Shown here piece by piece: positions 22,701 through 37,700 of a stretch of 56,082 nt of DNA. Origin of the DNA: an uncultured Enterovirga sp. (lineage in GTDB: Bacteria > Pseudomonadota > Alphaproteobacteria > Rhizobiales > Beijerinckiaceae). Position numbers and translations under genes: made by a program. The notes beneath the pieces are model-generated. The model was not told where the DNA came from and searched no databases. It saw only the letters and a program-made list of their open reading frames with translations. The stretch is taken from positions 7,532-63,613 of the forward strand of contig CAXUHE010000002.1 in NCBI GenBank assembly GCA_964250725.1, read 5' to 3'. The first letter of the stretch is position 1. The number at the start of each line of letters is the position of its first letter.

Positions 22701-25700
22701 ACAATAGCGCCGTCTCGACCGGGACGAGCGCGCTGACCCATCCCAATCTCGTCATCGCGGCCGTCACGACGCCCGGCACGGCCACGTCCGGCAACGCGGC
22801 CCATATCGGTTGGACCGTGCGCAACGACGGCTCGGGCCCGGCGACGGGCCCCTGGACGGATTCCGTCTACCTGTCGCGCGACGGCACGATCAGCGGCGAC
22901 GACATCAAGGTCGGCGACTTCCTGCACGCGGGCGGGTTGGCGGCGAGCGCGAGATACACGGAATCCACCGATTTCGCGCTACCCGTCTCGGCGGAGGGCG
23001 ACTATCAGGTTCTCGTCCTGAGCGATGCGACCAATACGGTGCGCGAGGTGTCTGGCGAAGGCGCGGACAATTTCGGAGCGGCCGCGCTATCCGTCGTGCT
23101 GGCGCCCTACGCGGACCTGTCGGTCGGCGACGTGACGGCGCCGGAGCTTACCATCCGCGACCCGGCCCGCATCACGGTGGGCTGGACCGTCACCAATGTC
23201 GGCTCGGGCGCAGGCACGACGGACCGGTGGACGGACACGGTGATCCTGTCGGCGAACGGCGTCGACACGGTGCTCGGCCAGTTCGAACATGTCGGCGCGC
23301 TGGCGCCGACGGCTCATTACAGCGACACCCGCGACTTCACCCTGCCGCCGGGCTACACCGGGCACGCGACCGTGAAGGTCGTCACCGATCGCGAGGGCCG
23401 GGTCTTCGAGCACGGCGCGACCGCCAACAACACAGCCTCGCCCGGCCACCTCGTCGACATCATGCCGATCCCGTACGCGGACCTGATCGTGCCGACGCAG
23501 AGCGTCGACGCGACCGGTCAGAGCGGGCGCGCGATCAAGGTCGGCTGGACCATCCGAAACGACGGCATCGGCCAGACCAACACGTCTGCCTGGACGGACA
23601 CGGTGGTGCTGTCGCGTGACGCGGCCGGCGCGGACGTGGTCACGACCTATGATTTCCAGCATATCGGCGTGCTGGCGGCCGGCGGGTCCTACACGCGCGA
23701 CACCTCCATCACGATCCCGGACGGCCTGTCCGGCACCTTCTACGTGTCGGTGCGCACCGGCGGTCCGTTCGAGTTCATCCACACCGACAACAACCGCTCG
23801 GCGGCCAAACCCGTCACCATCACGGTTTCCCCGTCTCCGGACCTCCAGGTCACCGCGGCGTCGACCTTGGCCACGGCGCTGGAGGGCGACTTCATCGACG
23901 TCGCCTGGACGGTCGCCAACACGGGGCAGGCCGACGCGGTCGGGCGCTGGGTCGACACGGTGGCGCTCGTGCCGCTCGACACGACCAAGCCCGGCATCAT
24001 CGTCGGGAGCTTCGCGTCGGACCGGACGCTCGTGGCCGGCCAGAGCTATTCCCGCACCGAACGCTTCCAGCTGCCGGCGAAAATCGAGGGTGCCTATCGC
24101 CTCACGATCACCACGAACGCGTCGGCGAGCCTGTACGAATACGGGGCGGCCGCGGCCAACGGCACGTTCGCCGACCCCGACCCGCTCGTGGTCGGCCTGA
24201 AGCCCCGCCCGGACCTGCAGGTCCAGAACATCGTGGCGACGCCGCGCGTCACGGCCGGCGGGACGGTCTCGGTCGCGTACACGATCCTGAACCAGGGCAC
24301 GGTCGCGACCGACCAGCCGAACTGGACGGACAACGTCTACCTGTCGCTCGACAACAAGCTATCGGCCGACGACATCCTCATCGGCAGCTTCGACAACCTG
24401 TCGGCCCTCGGCGCGAGCGGCAGCGGGACCGACAGCTATCGCAACACGACCAACTCGGCGGTGGTGCCGATCCGCTTCGGCGGCGACGCCTACGTGATCG
24501 TCAGCGCCGACGCGACGTCCCGTCTCGACGAGTACCCGAACGAGAACAACAATATCGGCTCGCAGAAGATCACGATCGATCCGGTCGCCAAGCCCGATCT
24601 CGTCACCTCGGGGGTGGTCGCGCCCGCTCAGGCGGTGTACGGCTCGGAGATCGAGGTCCGCTTCACGGTTGCGAACAAGGGCGTCCACGACACCTACGAG
24701 TCGAGTTGGACCGACACGGTATGGCTGGCGCGCGACGCGCGGCGGCCCAACACCAGCCCCTATCACGCGCCCGACGAGGGGGTCGATTTCGCCGACAAGG
24801 GCAACAGTGCTGTCCTGCTCGGCACCGTCACGCATACCGGCGTGCTCAACCTCGGCGACAGCTACCAGGTCACCCTCAAGGTCCGCATCCCGGACGACGT
24901 CGCGAGCGGCGTATACTACGTCACGCCCTGGAGCGACGCCTACGACACGGTCCTCGAAGACACGCTGGCGATCAACATCAATCCGGACGATCCGAACGAG
25001 TTCGACAACGACAACTACAAGGGCCGCCGGATCGACATCCTGGGCGCCCCCCCGGTGCCCAAGCCCGATCTCACGGTGACGAACGTAGCTGCCACGCAGG
25101 TGGTGCGTGCGGGTCAGGACCAGCTCACCGTCGATTGGACGGTCGCCAACCGCGGTGCGGGCAACGCCGACGCGGGCGTGAGCTTCAATCAGCGCATCGT
25201 CCTGTCCGACAAGCCGACGCTCGACGCGGCGGGCGCAACCACGTGGCTGCTCGGTGTCGTCCAGCACGATGGCGGTCTGCCGCTCGGCGCCTCCGACAAC
25301 GCGAGCCGCACCTTCGACCTGCCTCCATCGGCGACGGGCAAATATGTCTTCGTGATCGCGGATGCGGACAACGTCGTGGCGGAATCGTCCGAGACGAACG
25401 ACACCGGTTCGGCCACGACCTCGGTGACGGCCAGCGCGGCCGATCTGCAGGTGACCAGCGTCAAGGCGAACGGCCCGGCCAGCTCTGGCGAGGCCACCAG
25501 CGTCACCTGGACGGTCGTCAACAAGGGCGACGATGTCTGGACCGGCACGCATTACTGGACCGACTCGGTCTGGATCTCGCCCGACCCGACATTCGATCCG
25601 AACCGCGCGGCGCGTCTCGCCCTGGTCACCCACTCCAATGCCGTCCCGCTGAAGGCCGGACAGAGCTACAGCACGACGGCGGACGTCGTGCTGCCGCCCG

Positions 25701-28700
25701 GCATCGGCGGCGACTACTACCTGTATGTCGTCACCGATACGGACGAGCTCTACGGCACCGCTCCGAAGCAGGAGACCACGAACGGCGACATCGGCGGCGC
25801 TCGCGGCATCTACGCGAGCTCGGTCTACGAGGGCGCGAACGGGCTCAACAACTACGGCAGCGGCACGGTCGCGGTCACCTATGCCGAACCCAACCTGACC
25901 GTCACCAACCTGACCGTGCCGGGCACGATGCCGGCCTCGGGCGACCTCGTCACCTTGACCTGGACGACGAAGAACACCGGCACGCGCGCAACGCGCACGG
26001 ATACCTGGTCGGACCAAGTATTCCTGTCTCGCGACGGCTCGCTCGACAGCCAGGACGTGCTCCTCGACACCTTCGCGCATAGCGGTGCTCTCGACGCCAA
26101 CGGGTTCTATACGGTCACCCGGCAGGTCCGGCTGCCGGATGGCATCTCGGGCGTCTTCCACCTTCTCGTCGCGACCGACAGCGACGTCGGCGCGAACGGC
26201 TACGTCAGCAGCGACATCGCACCCGAACTGCCCGGCATCGGCGGCGAGAGAACGATCGGACCACAGATCGCAGGCGTCCCGGTCTCGACCGGTGACGTCG
26301 CCGAATATCTCAACGAAGGCGACAATCTCGCATCCGCGGATCTGACGGTGAGCGCCGCAGCTTCCGCCGACCTGCGCGTGACCACGGTGGGCGTGCCTCA
26401 ACACCTGCTCAGCGGCCAGTTCTTCGACGTGACCTACACGGTCGCCAATGCCGGTTCGGGCGCGACGCCCGACCGGCAGGGCGCCTGGACCGATCTCGTC
26501 TACCTGTCGCGGGACCAGAACCTCGATACGGCGAGCGACATCTACCTCGGCAGCTTCGACCATACCGGCGGACTCGCCTCCGGGGCGCATTACGACGGGG
26601 GCGGAAGCTTCCGCATCGGCCAGAACCTGACGGGCTCCTATTACGTCATCGTGGCGAGCGACCTCGCGAGATCAGCGCGCGGCCGTGGCGCCGTCTACGA
26701 AGGGTCGAACGAGCAGAACAACACGACCGCCTCGCTCCAGCCGATCATCGTCGACCGGCCCCCGCCGGCCGACCTGACCGTCGGCGACGTGAGAGCGACG
26801 GGCGGGACCGAGACCGGCGCACCCGTCCATGTGACCTGGACCGTGACCGAGGCGGCCGATCAGCCGGCCGAAGGTCAATGGACGGACGCCGTCTATCTGT
26901 CGTCCGACAACACCTGGGATCTCTCCGATACGCTGATCGGCCGGGTCACGCATACGGGCGTTCTGGCCAAGGGTCAGAGCTACACGGGCACGCTGGACGC
27001 CGCCATGCCGCCCGTGGCGGAGGGGCAGTACCGCATCATCGTGCGTCCCGACATCCGCAACGAGGTCTACGAGGGCGCCAACGGGGAGGCGAACAACTTC
27101 GCGACCTCCCAGGGCACGCTCTATGTCAGCGTCCCCGACCTCCAGCTCGGGGTGCCGCTCGACACGACGCTGTCGAAGGGCGAGTCGAAGCTGTTCAAGG
27201 TCACGATCGAGGAGGGCGAGACGCTCAAGGTCGCGCTGACATCGGGCGTCGGCGGCGCGAACGAGCTCTACCTGCGCTACGACGCGACGCCGTCGGGATA
27301 CCAGTACGACGCGATCTACGCCGACCCGCTGCGCGCCAACCAGACGGCCGTCATCCCGTCGACCAAGCCCGGCATCTACTACATCCTGATCCACGGCCAG
27401 AACGAGCCGATGGCCGGCACGCCGGTGACCCTGACCGCGACGGTCGTGCCGTTCTCGATCACGGCGGTGAAGCCCGACCAGGGAGGCGATTCGCGCTACG
27501 TCACCGTCGAGATCGACGGCGCCCGGTTCGACCCGAGCGCGATCGTGAAGCTCAGCCGGCCGGGCTTCGCCGAATTCGAGCCCGTGAACTACCGGATCGT
27601 CGACTCGACCCGGATCGTGGCGATCTTCGATCTGACCGGCGCTCAGCACGGCCTCTACGACGTCGAGGTGATCAACCCGGACGGCGCCACCGTGGTGGCT
27701 CCCTACCGCTACCTCGTCGAGACGGCGCTTCCCACCGACGTCACGGTGGGGCTCGGCGGCCCTCGCGTCGTCCCGGCCGGCGATGCCGGCAATTACGGCT
27801 TGTCGCTGGTGAGCCTCACGAACATCGACACGCCCTACGTGTTCTTCGACTTCGGCATTCCCGAGCTTGGGACCAACGACAAGGTGCTCGACCTGCCGTT
27901 CGTCACGTTGACGTCGAACGTGCGGGGCACACCCGACGGCACCTCCGGCACGGACGTGCCGTGGGCCAGCCTCGATTCGGCGGTCAACACGGGCGGCGAG
28001 GTGCTGGCGCCGGGCTACGCGTTCGACGTGGCGGCGGGAAGCACCGTCCAGGCGAGCTTCAACGTCCAGACCTACGCGATCCTCAAGGCCCTGATCGACC
28101 GCAATTTCGATGTCGTGCGTGAGTACCTCTACGCGACGGATGCCGATCTCAAGGCCACGGGAGGCCTGGACGGGGGCTACGCATCCCTGAAGGACACGCG
28201 CTACGACGCGATCTACCAGATCTTCGCGCATCCCAACCTGCCGGTCGTCGATTCCGAGAACGGGCTGATCAACCCGCTCTTCATCCCGTTCCAGTTCAAC
28301 ATCGCGGCGGCCGCGACCGCCCTCACCCGCGCCGAGTTCGTGGCTCTTCAGACGTCCGAAGCGCTCAAGCTGCGCGACCGGGTCCTGGCCGACAAGGACG
28401 CGAGCGCGGCCCTCCAGGTGCTGGCCGCGGACAAGGATGCCTGGACTCGGGGCTATCTGGCGGCGCTCGAGGAGGCCGGCCTGCTGCGCGCCGACGGGAC
28501 CGCCCCACCGGTCCGGCTCGACCCGAAGGTGGTCAGCCTCGTCGGCACACTGAGCATGGGTCTGCTGCTCGGTCCGGCCGGCGCACAGGTCATCAGTTCG
28601 GGCGACCTCCTGGCCTTCTTCAGCCGGGTGAAGTCGTGGTACGGCGACACGCCCGGCGCCAAGGCGCCGCTCGCCCGCTACGACGTGCGCGTCGACCAGC

Positions 28701-31700
28701 GGACGGGCGAGATCTACGACGTCCCGGTCGCGGCGCTCCCGCTGGCGTCGAGTTTCGATCTCGGCCTCTCCCACACGACCTACTTCCAGACGTTCAACGT
28801 CTTCTCGCCCTGGATCGACGGTTCGAGCGGCACGGGCTCGCTGCCCGATTACGGATCGGACGCGACCAACGGCCTGTACCAGTCGCTGGACCTGTCGGCT
28901 TACCTCGCGGGAGGCGCAGCCTCCGGCACCGTCGCGACCATGACCGGCCCGCAAGGCTATGGCGGCGCGAACTTCGTCCCGGCCGGACAGGCGCTGCCCT
29001 ACCGCGTCAACTTCCAGAACCCGGCGGGCGCGGCCTCCTCGCCGGGCGAGATCCGCATCGTCACCCAGCTCGACCCGGCGCTCGATCCGCAGACCTTCCG
29101 CCTCGGCGGGCTGAAGATCGGAGACATCACGGTCAATATCCCCGACGGGCGGGCCGTGTTCCAGGGCGACTTCGACTTCACCCGGAGCAAGGGTTTCGTC
29201 CTGCGCGTCTCCGCCGGGATCGACGCCGCCACCGGCACGGCGACGTGGCTCCTTCAGGCGATCGACCCCGAGAGCGGCGAGGTCATCGACAACCCCGCGC
29301 TGGGATTGCTGCCACCCAACACGACGGCCGGCGCCGGCCAGGGTTATGTGAGCTACTCCGTCAAGCCGGCGCTGGACACCGCGACCGGCAACGTCATCAC
29401 CGCGAAGGCGCGGGTGCTGTTCAATACGCTCGCACCCGAAGACACGACGGCGGTCACCGCGATGCTCGATGCCGCGGCGCCGAGGACGACCGTCACGGTC
29501 ACGCCGCTCGCCGACAGCAAGACCGATTACCGCGTGGCGTGGACCGCGACCGACGATGCGGGCGGCTCGGGCGTCGCCAACGTCACGGTCTACGTGTCGG
29601 ACAATGGTGGCGACTACACGATCTGGTTGTCGAAGACGACGCAGGGCGCCTCCGTCTACACGGGGACGGCGGGGCACAACTACACGTTCCTGGCGCTCGC
29701 GACCGACCGCGCCGGCAACCACGAGCAGCCCCCCGTCGCGATCGCGGCCACCGCCAGCCCGGACATCAACCTCGGCGACCTGCCGGTGGTCGACACGACG
29801 CCCCAGGACGTCAAGGACGCGCCCGCCCCGACAGCCACCGGGGCGGCGAACCCACTCTTCGCAGAAGCGGTGAAAGGCATCCCGGCCGCGGCACCGCTCT
29901 CGCACGCGTCGGATTTCGCGGGCGTCCTCAGCCCGTTCACGCTGCAATCCTTCGCGACCGGCATCACGGTAAGCCAGGGCGGTCTCGGCGTGCTGGCCAT
30001 GGTGGTGAATCCGGACGGATCGATCATCGCGAGCGCCGGCCCGACGCGGGGATGGCTCTATCGCGTTCCGGCCGGGGGCGGCGTGCTCGACGAGCCCTTC
30101 GCCAGGCTCGATCAGCCGATCTACGATCTCGCCTACGACAAGCAGGGTCAGCTCTGGGGAGCGACGGGCGGCGGTGCGCTGGTCGATATCGACCCGTCCA
30201 CGGGGGCGGTGCTCGCGAGCTTCGGCGACAGCCTCACCCAGGCCATCGCGGTCGACCCGTCGAGCGGGCTGATCTACGTGTCGTCCGGCGACGGGATCGA
30301 GACGTTCGACCCGATCAGCCATACGTTCCGGCATTTCAGCAACGTGCGGGTCGACGACCTGGCCTTCTCGCCGTCAGGGAAGCTCTGGGCGACATCGTGG
30401 CCCGATCGAGGCTCGGTCCTGACCTTCGACGCGAAGGGCCGTGCGACACGTACCGTCTCCGTCGACGCCCCTGTCGACTCGCTCGCATTCGGTCGCGATG
30501 GGACCGCCTTCGCGGGGCTGCTCTTCCTGTCGGAGAACGCCGATCCGGCCACGGGTGGGCGGTCACAGTTGCTCGTCGTCGACCTCGCCACGATGGTGAC
30601 GCTGCCGGTCGCGGGCGGCGGCAGTTGGGGCGAAAACCTGACGCTATCCGCCGATGGCCGGTTGCTGATCTCTCAATCGGGCGAGATCGACGTCCTGAGC
30701 CCACTGGTCGCCCCGAAGGTGCTCGGCACGAACCCGGCCGACTCGGCGGTGCTGCCCGTGCCGCTCGGCGTCATCACGGTCACGTTCGACCACGACATGC
30801 TGGCGACGAACGAGACGGACGCCGGCTCGGTGCTCAACCCGGACAACTACGCCCTGTTCGGATCGAACGGCGCCCCCGTGGCGATCGAGAGCATCCAATA
30901 CGACGCCGCGAGCCGCACCGTCGATGTCCACTTCGCGTCGATCAGCGCCGACGTCTACAATCTGCGGGTGTCGTCCAACCTACAAAGCGACCAGGGTCTC
31001 AAGCTGACCGAGGGTGTCGACACGACCTTCACGGCTCTGTTCGACTTCTCCGCCATCGTGTCGATCGCCTTCCAGTCCACACGTTCGGACAGGGCCGACG
31101 GCACGATCTCCTACGACGTCACCGTGACGAATACCGGGACGGATGATCTGCGCGCGCCGCTGTCCCTCGTTCTCGATCCATCACAGTATTTCGACGGGAC
31201 GCCCATCGGGGCCGCGAGCGGACCCGGCGGCGTGTGGCTGATCGACCTCAGCGCCGCTCTCGGCGTCGACGGCGTGCTGAAAGCGGGCGAGTCCACGCTC
31301 GCGAGCACCGTCACGGTCAGCATACCGACGGGCGAGAAGGTAGCGCTCGGCCACGGCATCTACGCGCTGCCCTACCCGAACACGCCGCCCGTGATCGACA
31401 GCAGCGCCGTCGATGATGCGACGGCCGGGACCGCGTATACCTACCAGATCGCCGCACACGATCCCGACGGCACCGTGCTCGGCTACGTTCTGCTCGACGC
31501 GCCGACGGGCATGACGGTCGATCCCTCGACCGGGCTCATCACCTGGGCGCCGAGCGCCACGAGTCCGGTCTCGGCCAATGTCGTGGCGCGGGTCTACGAT
31601 CGGCGCGGCGGCTATGCTCAGCAGGCGTTCTCGATCGCGGTCGCGGGCGGCAACTCGGCCCCCGACGTGGCCGCCACTCAGGCAGCCTATACCCTGACCG

Positions 31701-34700
31701 AGGGCACGCCGTTCACACTCGCACTCAACGCAGCCGATGCCGACGGCCAGGCGCTGATCTACTTCGCGGACCACCTCCCGGCCGGAGCGGCCTTCAATCC
31801 CGCGACCAAGACCCTGACCTGGACGCCGGATTACGACCAGTCCGGAACATACGACGACGTTCGCCTCTCCGTGAGCGACGGTACCGAGACCGTGACCCGC
31901 AGCTTCACGTTGATCGTGCAGCAGGCGGCGGCGGCGCCCGTTCTCAAGCCGGTGGCCGACCGCACGCTGATCGAAGGTGTACCGGTCGCCTTCACGGTCC
32001 ATGCCGATAGTCCAGATGGGTCGAAGCTCAGCTACTTCAGCGACACGCTGCCGCCGGGAGCCATCCTCGACCCGGCGACCGGCCTCTTTACCTGGATCCC
32101 GGGATATACCCAGGCCGGCGTGTTCGTCGTGCCGTTCTCCGTGACGGACGGCACCTGGATCTCGAGCACCAGCGCGACTCTGACCGTGCTGAACGACAAC
32201 GGCGCCCCGGTCTTCTCCCAGATCGGATCATGGGAAGGTCTCGAGGGTCAGCGGCTGAGCTTCGACACGTTCGCGCTCGACCCGGACAACCCGCTCTACG
32301 AGCTGCCCTATCGGGCGGCCGACAGGAGCCTGGTCTCGCTCGACACCGTGGCGCCCGCAACCGTGACCTACAGCGTGTCCGGCCTTCCTGAGGGCGCAAC
32401 CTACGACCCGGACACGGCCTTGTTCTCGTGGATCCCGACCTACGCGCAGGCGGGCGATTACGTGGTCCGCTTCACGGCGAGCGATACGGGCGACGGGACA
32501 GGCCGGCCCGCGACGAGCGTGGTCGACGTCCCGATCCGGATCACCAACGTCAACCGGCTGCCCGAGTTGGCGCCTATCGCCAACCTCACCGTGCAGAGGG
32601 ACACCCAGAGCGTCGTTCCAGTCCGTGTCACCGACCCGGACGGCAACCCGGTCCGGCTCAGCGCGACACTCACGCGGGCGGCTGCCGCCGACCAGACGAA
32701 CATCGACGTCGCGCCGATCGCGCTCGGAGCGACCGGCGGCTTCGCGACCTTCGTGGATCGGGGCGACGGCACCGCAGCCCTGACCTTCGCACCGGACGGG
32801 CTCGATCGCGGCAACTATACCGTGACGATCTCCGCCGAGGACGACGGCGACGGTGGCCGCTCGCCCGTCGGCACGGCATCCACGAGCTTCGTCCTGACGG
32901 TCGCGGCGGCGAGCGTCGCGCCGCGCCTCGATGTCATCGGGGACAAGGTCGCGCTGGTCGGGCAACCGCTCTCCTTCACCGTGCAGGCGCGCGATCTCGA
33001 CCAGGATGCGCTGACATTGACCGCCGAGGATCTGCCGGCAGGCGCGACCTTCGTGGACGGCCCGGTCTACGGCACCAAGATCGTGACTTGGACGCCGGGC
33101 AGCGCCGATCGCGGCTCGCACGAGGTCACGTTCCGCGTCCACGACGACGGAAACGGCGGAGCCGGCACCGTCGGCTCCGACGCGAGCACGATGCGCATCG
33201 TGGTGAGGGACACGAATGCCGCGCCGATCCTGCTTCCGGTCGGCAACCGGAGCGTCGACGAGGGCAGCACGCTCACTCTCGTGCTGAAGGCCGTCGATCC
33301 CGATGGCGACCCCGTCACCTATTCGGTCTCCAACCTGCCTCAGGGCGCGACGTTCGAAGCGCGCACAGGGACGCTGAGCTTCACACCGAACGCCTTCCAG
33401 CAGGGCCGTTACGACGGCATCGTGCTGACGGCGAGCGACGGCCAGGCGACCAGCAGCGAAACCATCAGCATAACGGTCAACAACGTGAACCGGGCACCGG
33501 TCGTGGCCGCGATGTACCCCCAGCTCGGTCGCGAAGGCGAGTTGTTGAGCTTCACGATCCGGGCGGGCGACCCGGACGGAGACCCCGTCGTATACGCTGC
33601 CCAGAGCGCGCTTCCGTCGGGCGCACGGTTCAACAGCGCCACGGGCATATTCAGCTGGACGCCCGGTTACGCGCAGGCGGGCGACTACATCGTGCGGTTC
33701 GCCGCGATCGATCCGTCGAGTGCGGCCGGGACGACCGATGTCGTCCTGCGCATCGCCAATGTCGACCGCGCGCCCGTGCTCGACGTGAGCAATCAGGCCG
33801 CGGTGCCGGGCCAGGAGGTCGCCTTCAGGGTGACCGCCACCGATCCAGACACGTCCGACGTGCTGACATACGGCTTCAAGGGCTTGCCGGAGGGCGCGAC
33901 CTACGATGGGTCGACCGGACAGGTCAGGTGGGTCCCCGGGCCCGGCCAGATCGGCGACTACCTCGTCAAGGTGACGGTGTCCGACGGCACGATCAGCACG
34001 ACGGCGCCGTTCCTGATCCGGTCGACGCTCACGCCTGTGACGCCGAGCATCGTCATCGAACTCACGCCGAGCTTCCCCGTAGTGCCGGGCCAGCAGGTGC
34101 TGATCCACGTCGCGGCCGGCGGCTTCATCGACGTGGCGAGCCTGTCGCTCACGGTGGACGGCCAACCCGTGGCGCTCGACGCGTTCGGGCGCGCCCGCGT
34201 CACTCCGAACGCGCCCGGCACGATGACCCTCACGGCCGAGGCGATCGACGTGGATGGGCACGTCGGCCGCACGACCGCGCTCATCAAGGTTCGCGACCCG
34301 GCGGATACGACTGCGCCGGTCGTCGTCTTGGCGGGCGGCCTGAACGGGGCACGCCTGACGGACGCGACCGCGATCGTGGGGACCGTCGACGACGTCAATC
34401 TGGATGTGTGGACGCTGGAGATCGCCCGCCTCGGCACCGACACCTACGCCAGCGTGGCGAGCGGCCGCGCGACCCTGTCCGGCATACTCGCGACGATCGA
34501 TCCGCGCCTCTACGAGAACGGCTTCTACCAGCTGCGGCTGACCGCGACCGATCTGTCCGGGCAGCGCTCGCGCACCACCACGACCTTCGAGGTCGATACG
34601 GCTGCCAAGCTGGGCCAATACACCCGGCAGGATACCGATTTCACGGCCGTGCTCGATGGCCACGTCGTGGCACTGACGCGCGCTTACGACTCGCTGCGGG

Positions 34701-37700
34701 CCGACGTTCCCGGACAGTTCGGTGATGGGTGGACGGTCCCCTGGCGCGACATGCGCATCGAGACCGACGTCCTCCAAAAGGCGAGCCGAACCGACGGGTT
34801 CCGGGAAGGCACGCGCCTGTATCTCACGCTACCGACCGGTGAGCGTGTCGGGTTCACGTTCCACGGAGTCGAGCACAAGATCGCGGGCCTGACCGAGTAC
34901 GAGCCGACTTTCGTGGCCGACGGGACCAGCGGCTGGACGCTATCTCTCGATCGGACGGCGCTCGTGCGCGCCGCAGGGCGGTACTACGACCTGTCGACGG
35001 CGACGCCCTACGATCCGACGTTGCAGGCGGGTACGCCGTTCCGGCTCACCGGCCCTGACGGGACGACCTACCTTCTGGACGGACGCGGCGAGACGGGGCG
35101 GATCGCGTATACCGACGGCGTCGTCCTGTCCGTCAGCGACAGCGGCATCTACGCGGCCGACGGCGAGGCCATCACGTTCGTGGCCGGCCGCCACGGAGTC
35201 GAGCTCGCCTTCGCGCCGAACGGCGACGGGTACGCCTATCTCTACGATCCCGCCGGCCGCCTGCTGAGCGTGCGCGACCTCGTCACCGCGACGTCGCTCG
35301 GCTACGGATACGGGGCGGGCGGGCGCCTCGGCATCGTCTCGGACAGCCGGCTCGATGTGGCCGGCGCGATCGTCGGTTACGCGAGCACCCCCACGACGAC
35401 GACGCTGACGGCGGCTCTCGGCGCCGCGCAGGCCGCGTTCACCGTCCCCCATGACGGTGTGCTGGCGGCGGGCAGCATCGATACCTACTCCTTCGCGGTG
35501 CGCCCGTCCGAGCTCGCCGGCGAGGCCGGAGGCGCCCTCCTCGTCGCGCTCTCGGTTGAGGCGCGGGACGCGAGCGGCTTCGTGCCTGCGCTGCCCGGGA
35601 TCGACGGTCTCGTGCCCGTCTCGACCCGCCTCGTGGACGGGCGCGCCTTCGCGATCTACCGCATCACGATGCCGGGCCTCTACGTGGCGCGGGTCGTAGG
35701 CGCGCAAGCCGGAGCGTACCGGCTGGATATGTTCGCGCTCGGCGACACCGATCGGGACGGCAAGGTCGACGGCACCGATGCTGCGAACCTGTCGGCCGCG
35801 CTCGGCACACGGGCGGGCCAGCCCGGCTACGTGCGTGGGGCCGATGCGAACCTCGACGGCGTCATCGACGCATCCGACCGCCAGGAGCTGTTCCAGAACT
35901 ACGGGTTCGCGGTGAACCGGGCCCCCGTGGTCGGCACGCGCACGATGCTGACCCACGAGGACCTCGCGGTCACGGTACCCCTGGCGTCGCTCGTGGCCGA
36001 TCCGGAGGGGGACGACGTGTTCCTGCGGATCGCGAGCACGAGCCACGGCACGGCGCGTCTCGCCGGGGACGGCACGTCCGTCGTGTTCACGCCGGACGCG
36101 GGCTATACCGGGCAGGCCGGGTTCACGGTCGTGGCGGATGACGAGTACGCGTCGTCGGCACCCGTCTTCGAATCCGTCGACGTGTCGGCCGCACGACTGA
36201 TCGCGATCGCGTTCGGCAGCCGGCAGCCGAGGCTCGGCATCGGTGGCCGACAGATGGTATCGCTCGTCGGCGACTTCGAGGACCAGACCGGCGTCACGCT
36301 GCCGACCTCCTATGTGAGCCTCACCTCGACCAACCCGGGAAGCGCCGACGTCATCGACGGCGTGCTCGTCGCCAAGGCGAGCGGCTACGGCGCACTCGTG
36401 GCGACACGGGCCGGCGCGACGGCAGCGACCGCGTTCCTGGTCGGCACGCCGCCGGATTACGGCGATCAGGCCATCGCGATCTCCGGCACCAGCGTCTACC
36501 CGGGTGCGGTGTCGCTCTCGTCGGACGGCGGCACGCGCCAGATCGACCTGTTCACCGATCCGACCGACGTCGCCACCAACGTCGCGGCCGCGGCGGACGG
36601 CACGCGCTACTACGTCAGCGATTCCGCGATCGTCGAGGTGACGCCGGACGGGTTGATCGTCGCGAAGGCCCCCGGCGAGGCAGTGGTGACGGTCATCTAC
36701 AAGATGACCGAGGCGTTGGTGCCCGTGAAAGTCACGGTCCCGCAGATCGGCCCGACCGCGTTGACGCGCGACGGCGGCGTGGTGCGGAGTGCGGACGGAT
36801 ACCAGGTGGCGATGGCCCCGGGAGCGCTGACCCGGAACGCCACGGTGTCGATCACCTCGCTGACCGAGAGCCAACTCCCCATCCCGTCGCTGCCGGAGGA
36901 GAGCGGCTGGACGTTCGGAGCGGCCTTCGACCTCGACACGGGGGGCGTGCCGTTCACGCAACCGGCCCAGCTCGCGATCCCGACCGTGCTCGCGGCCGGA
37001 ACCGAGGTCCGGTTCTATCGCTACTCGGAGCTACCGCAGGAGGATGGCAGCATCATCCCGGTGTGGCTCGAGGTCGAGAGCGGCGTCGTCGACGCGAACG
37101 GCATCGCGCGCACCCAGTCGCCACCCTACCACGGCGCGGACGATGGCGGAAAATACCTCGTCACGGGCATCAACCGGGCGAAGCTCGGCACGGTCGCGGG
37201 CACCATCAATCTCGACGGCGCGGGCAGCAATCACGGCGTGATCGCGACGGTGTATCATCTCGCCGCGGAAGCCGGCGCCTTCGTGGCGTCGATCGTGGAC
37301 TCGTTTCTGCGCTTCACCATGCTGTCGCCTGCGCTGTCGCAGACGTTCAAGGTGTTCGAGGTCAGGCCCGACGGAGGTGTCAGCGCCACGACCGCCGGCC
37401 TCGACGTCAAGGCGGGGGTGGTGAACGACTTCCGGGCGACGCTGTTCACGAAGGGCGTCCAGGAGGCGGACAGCACGCGTCCGGTCGTCGCCAGCGCGGC
37501 CGTGCGTTTCCTCAACTCGAAGACGGGCGCGGAGAGCGTGCCCGACAAGAGCGACCCGGACGCCCCGGGCGACCCGGACATCGTGCCGACCATCGTGCTG
37601 AAAGGTAGTCATTTCGAGCCGAAGAAGGTCGGGAATATTCCGGACGAGGGCGAACTGGACGAGGATCACCTCTGGGTCGTGTTCGGGGAGGGCATCGGCA

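Noticed and set aside
14003-34030. Repeats as a CRISPR array or DNA-level tandem repeat
   Set aside because: The repetition is at the protein-domain level with highly diverged DNA. No identical short repeats with spacers and no cas genes were seen.
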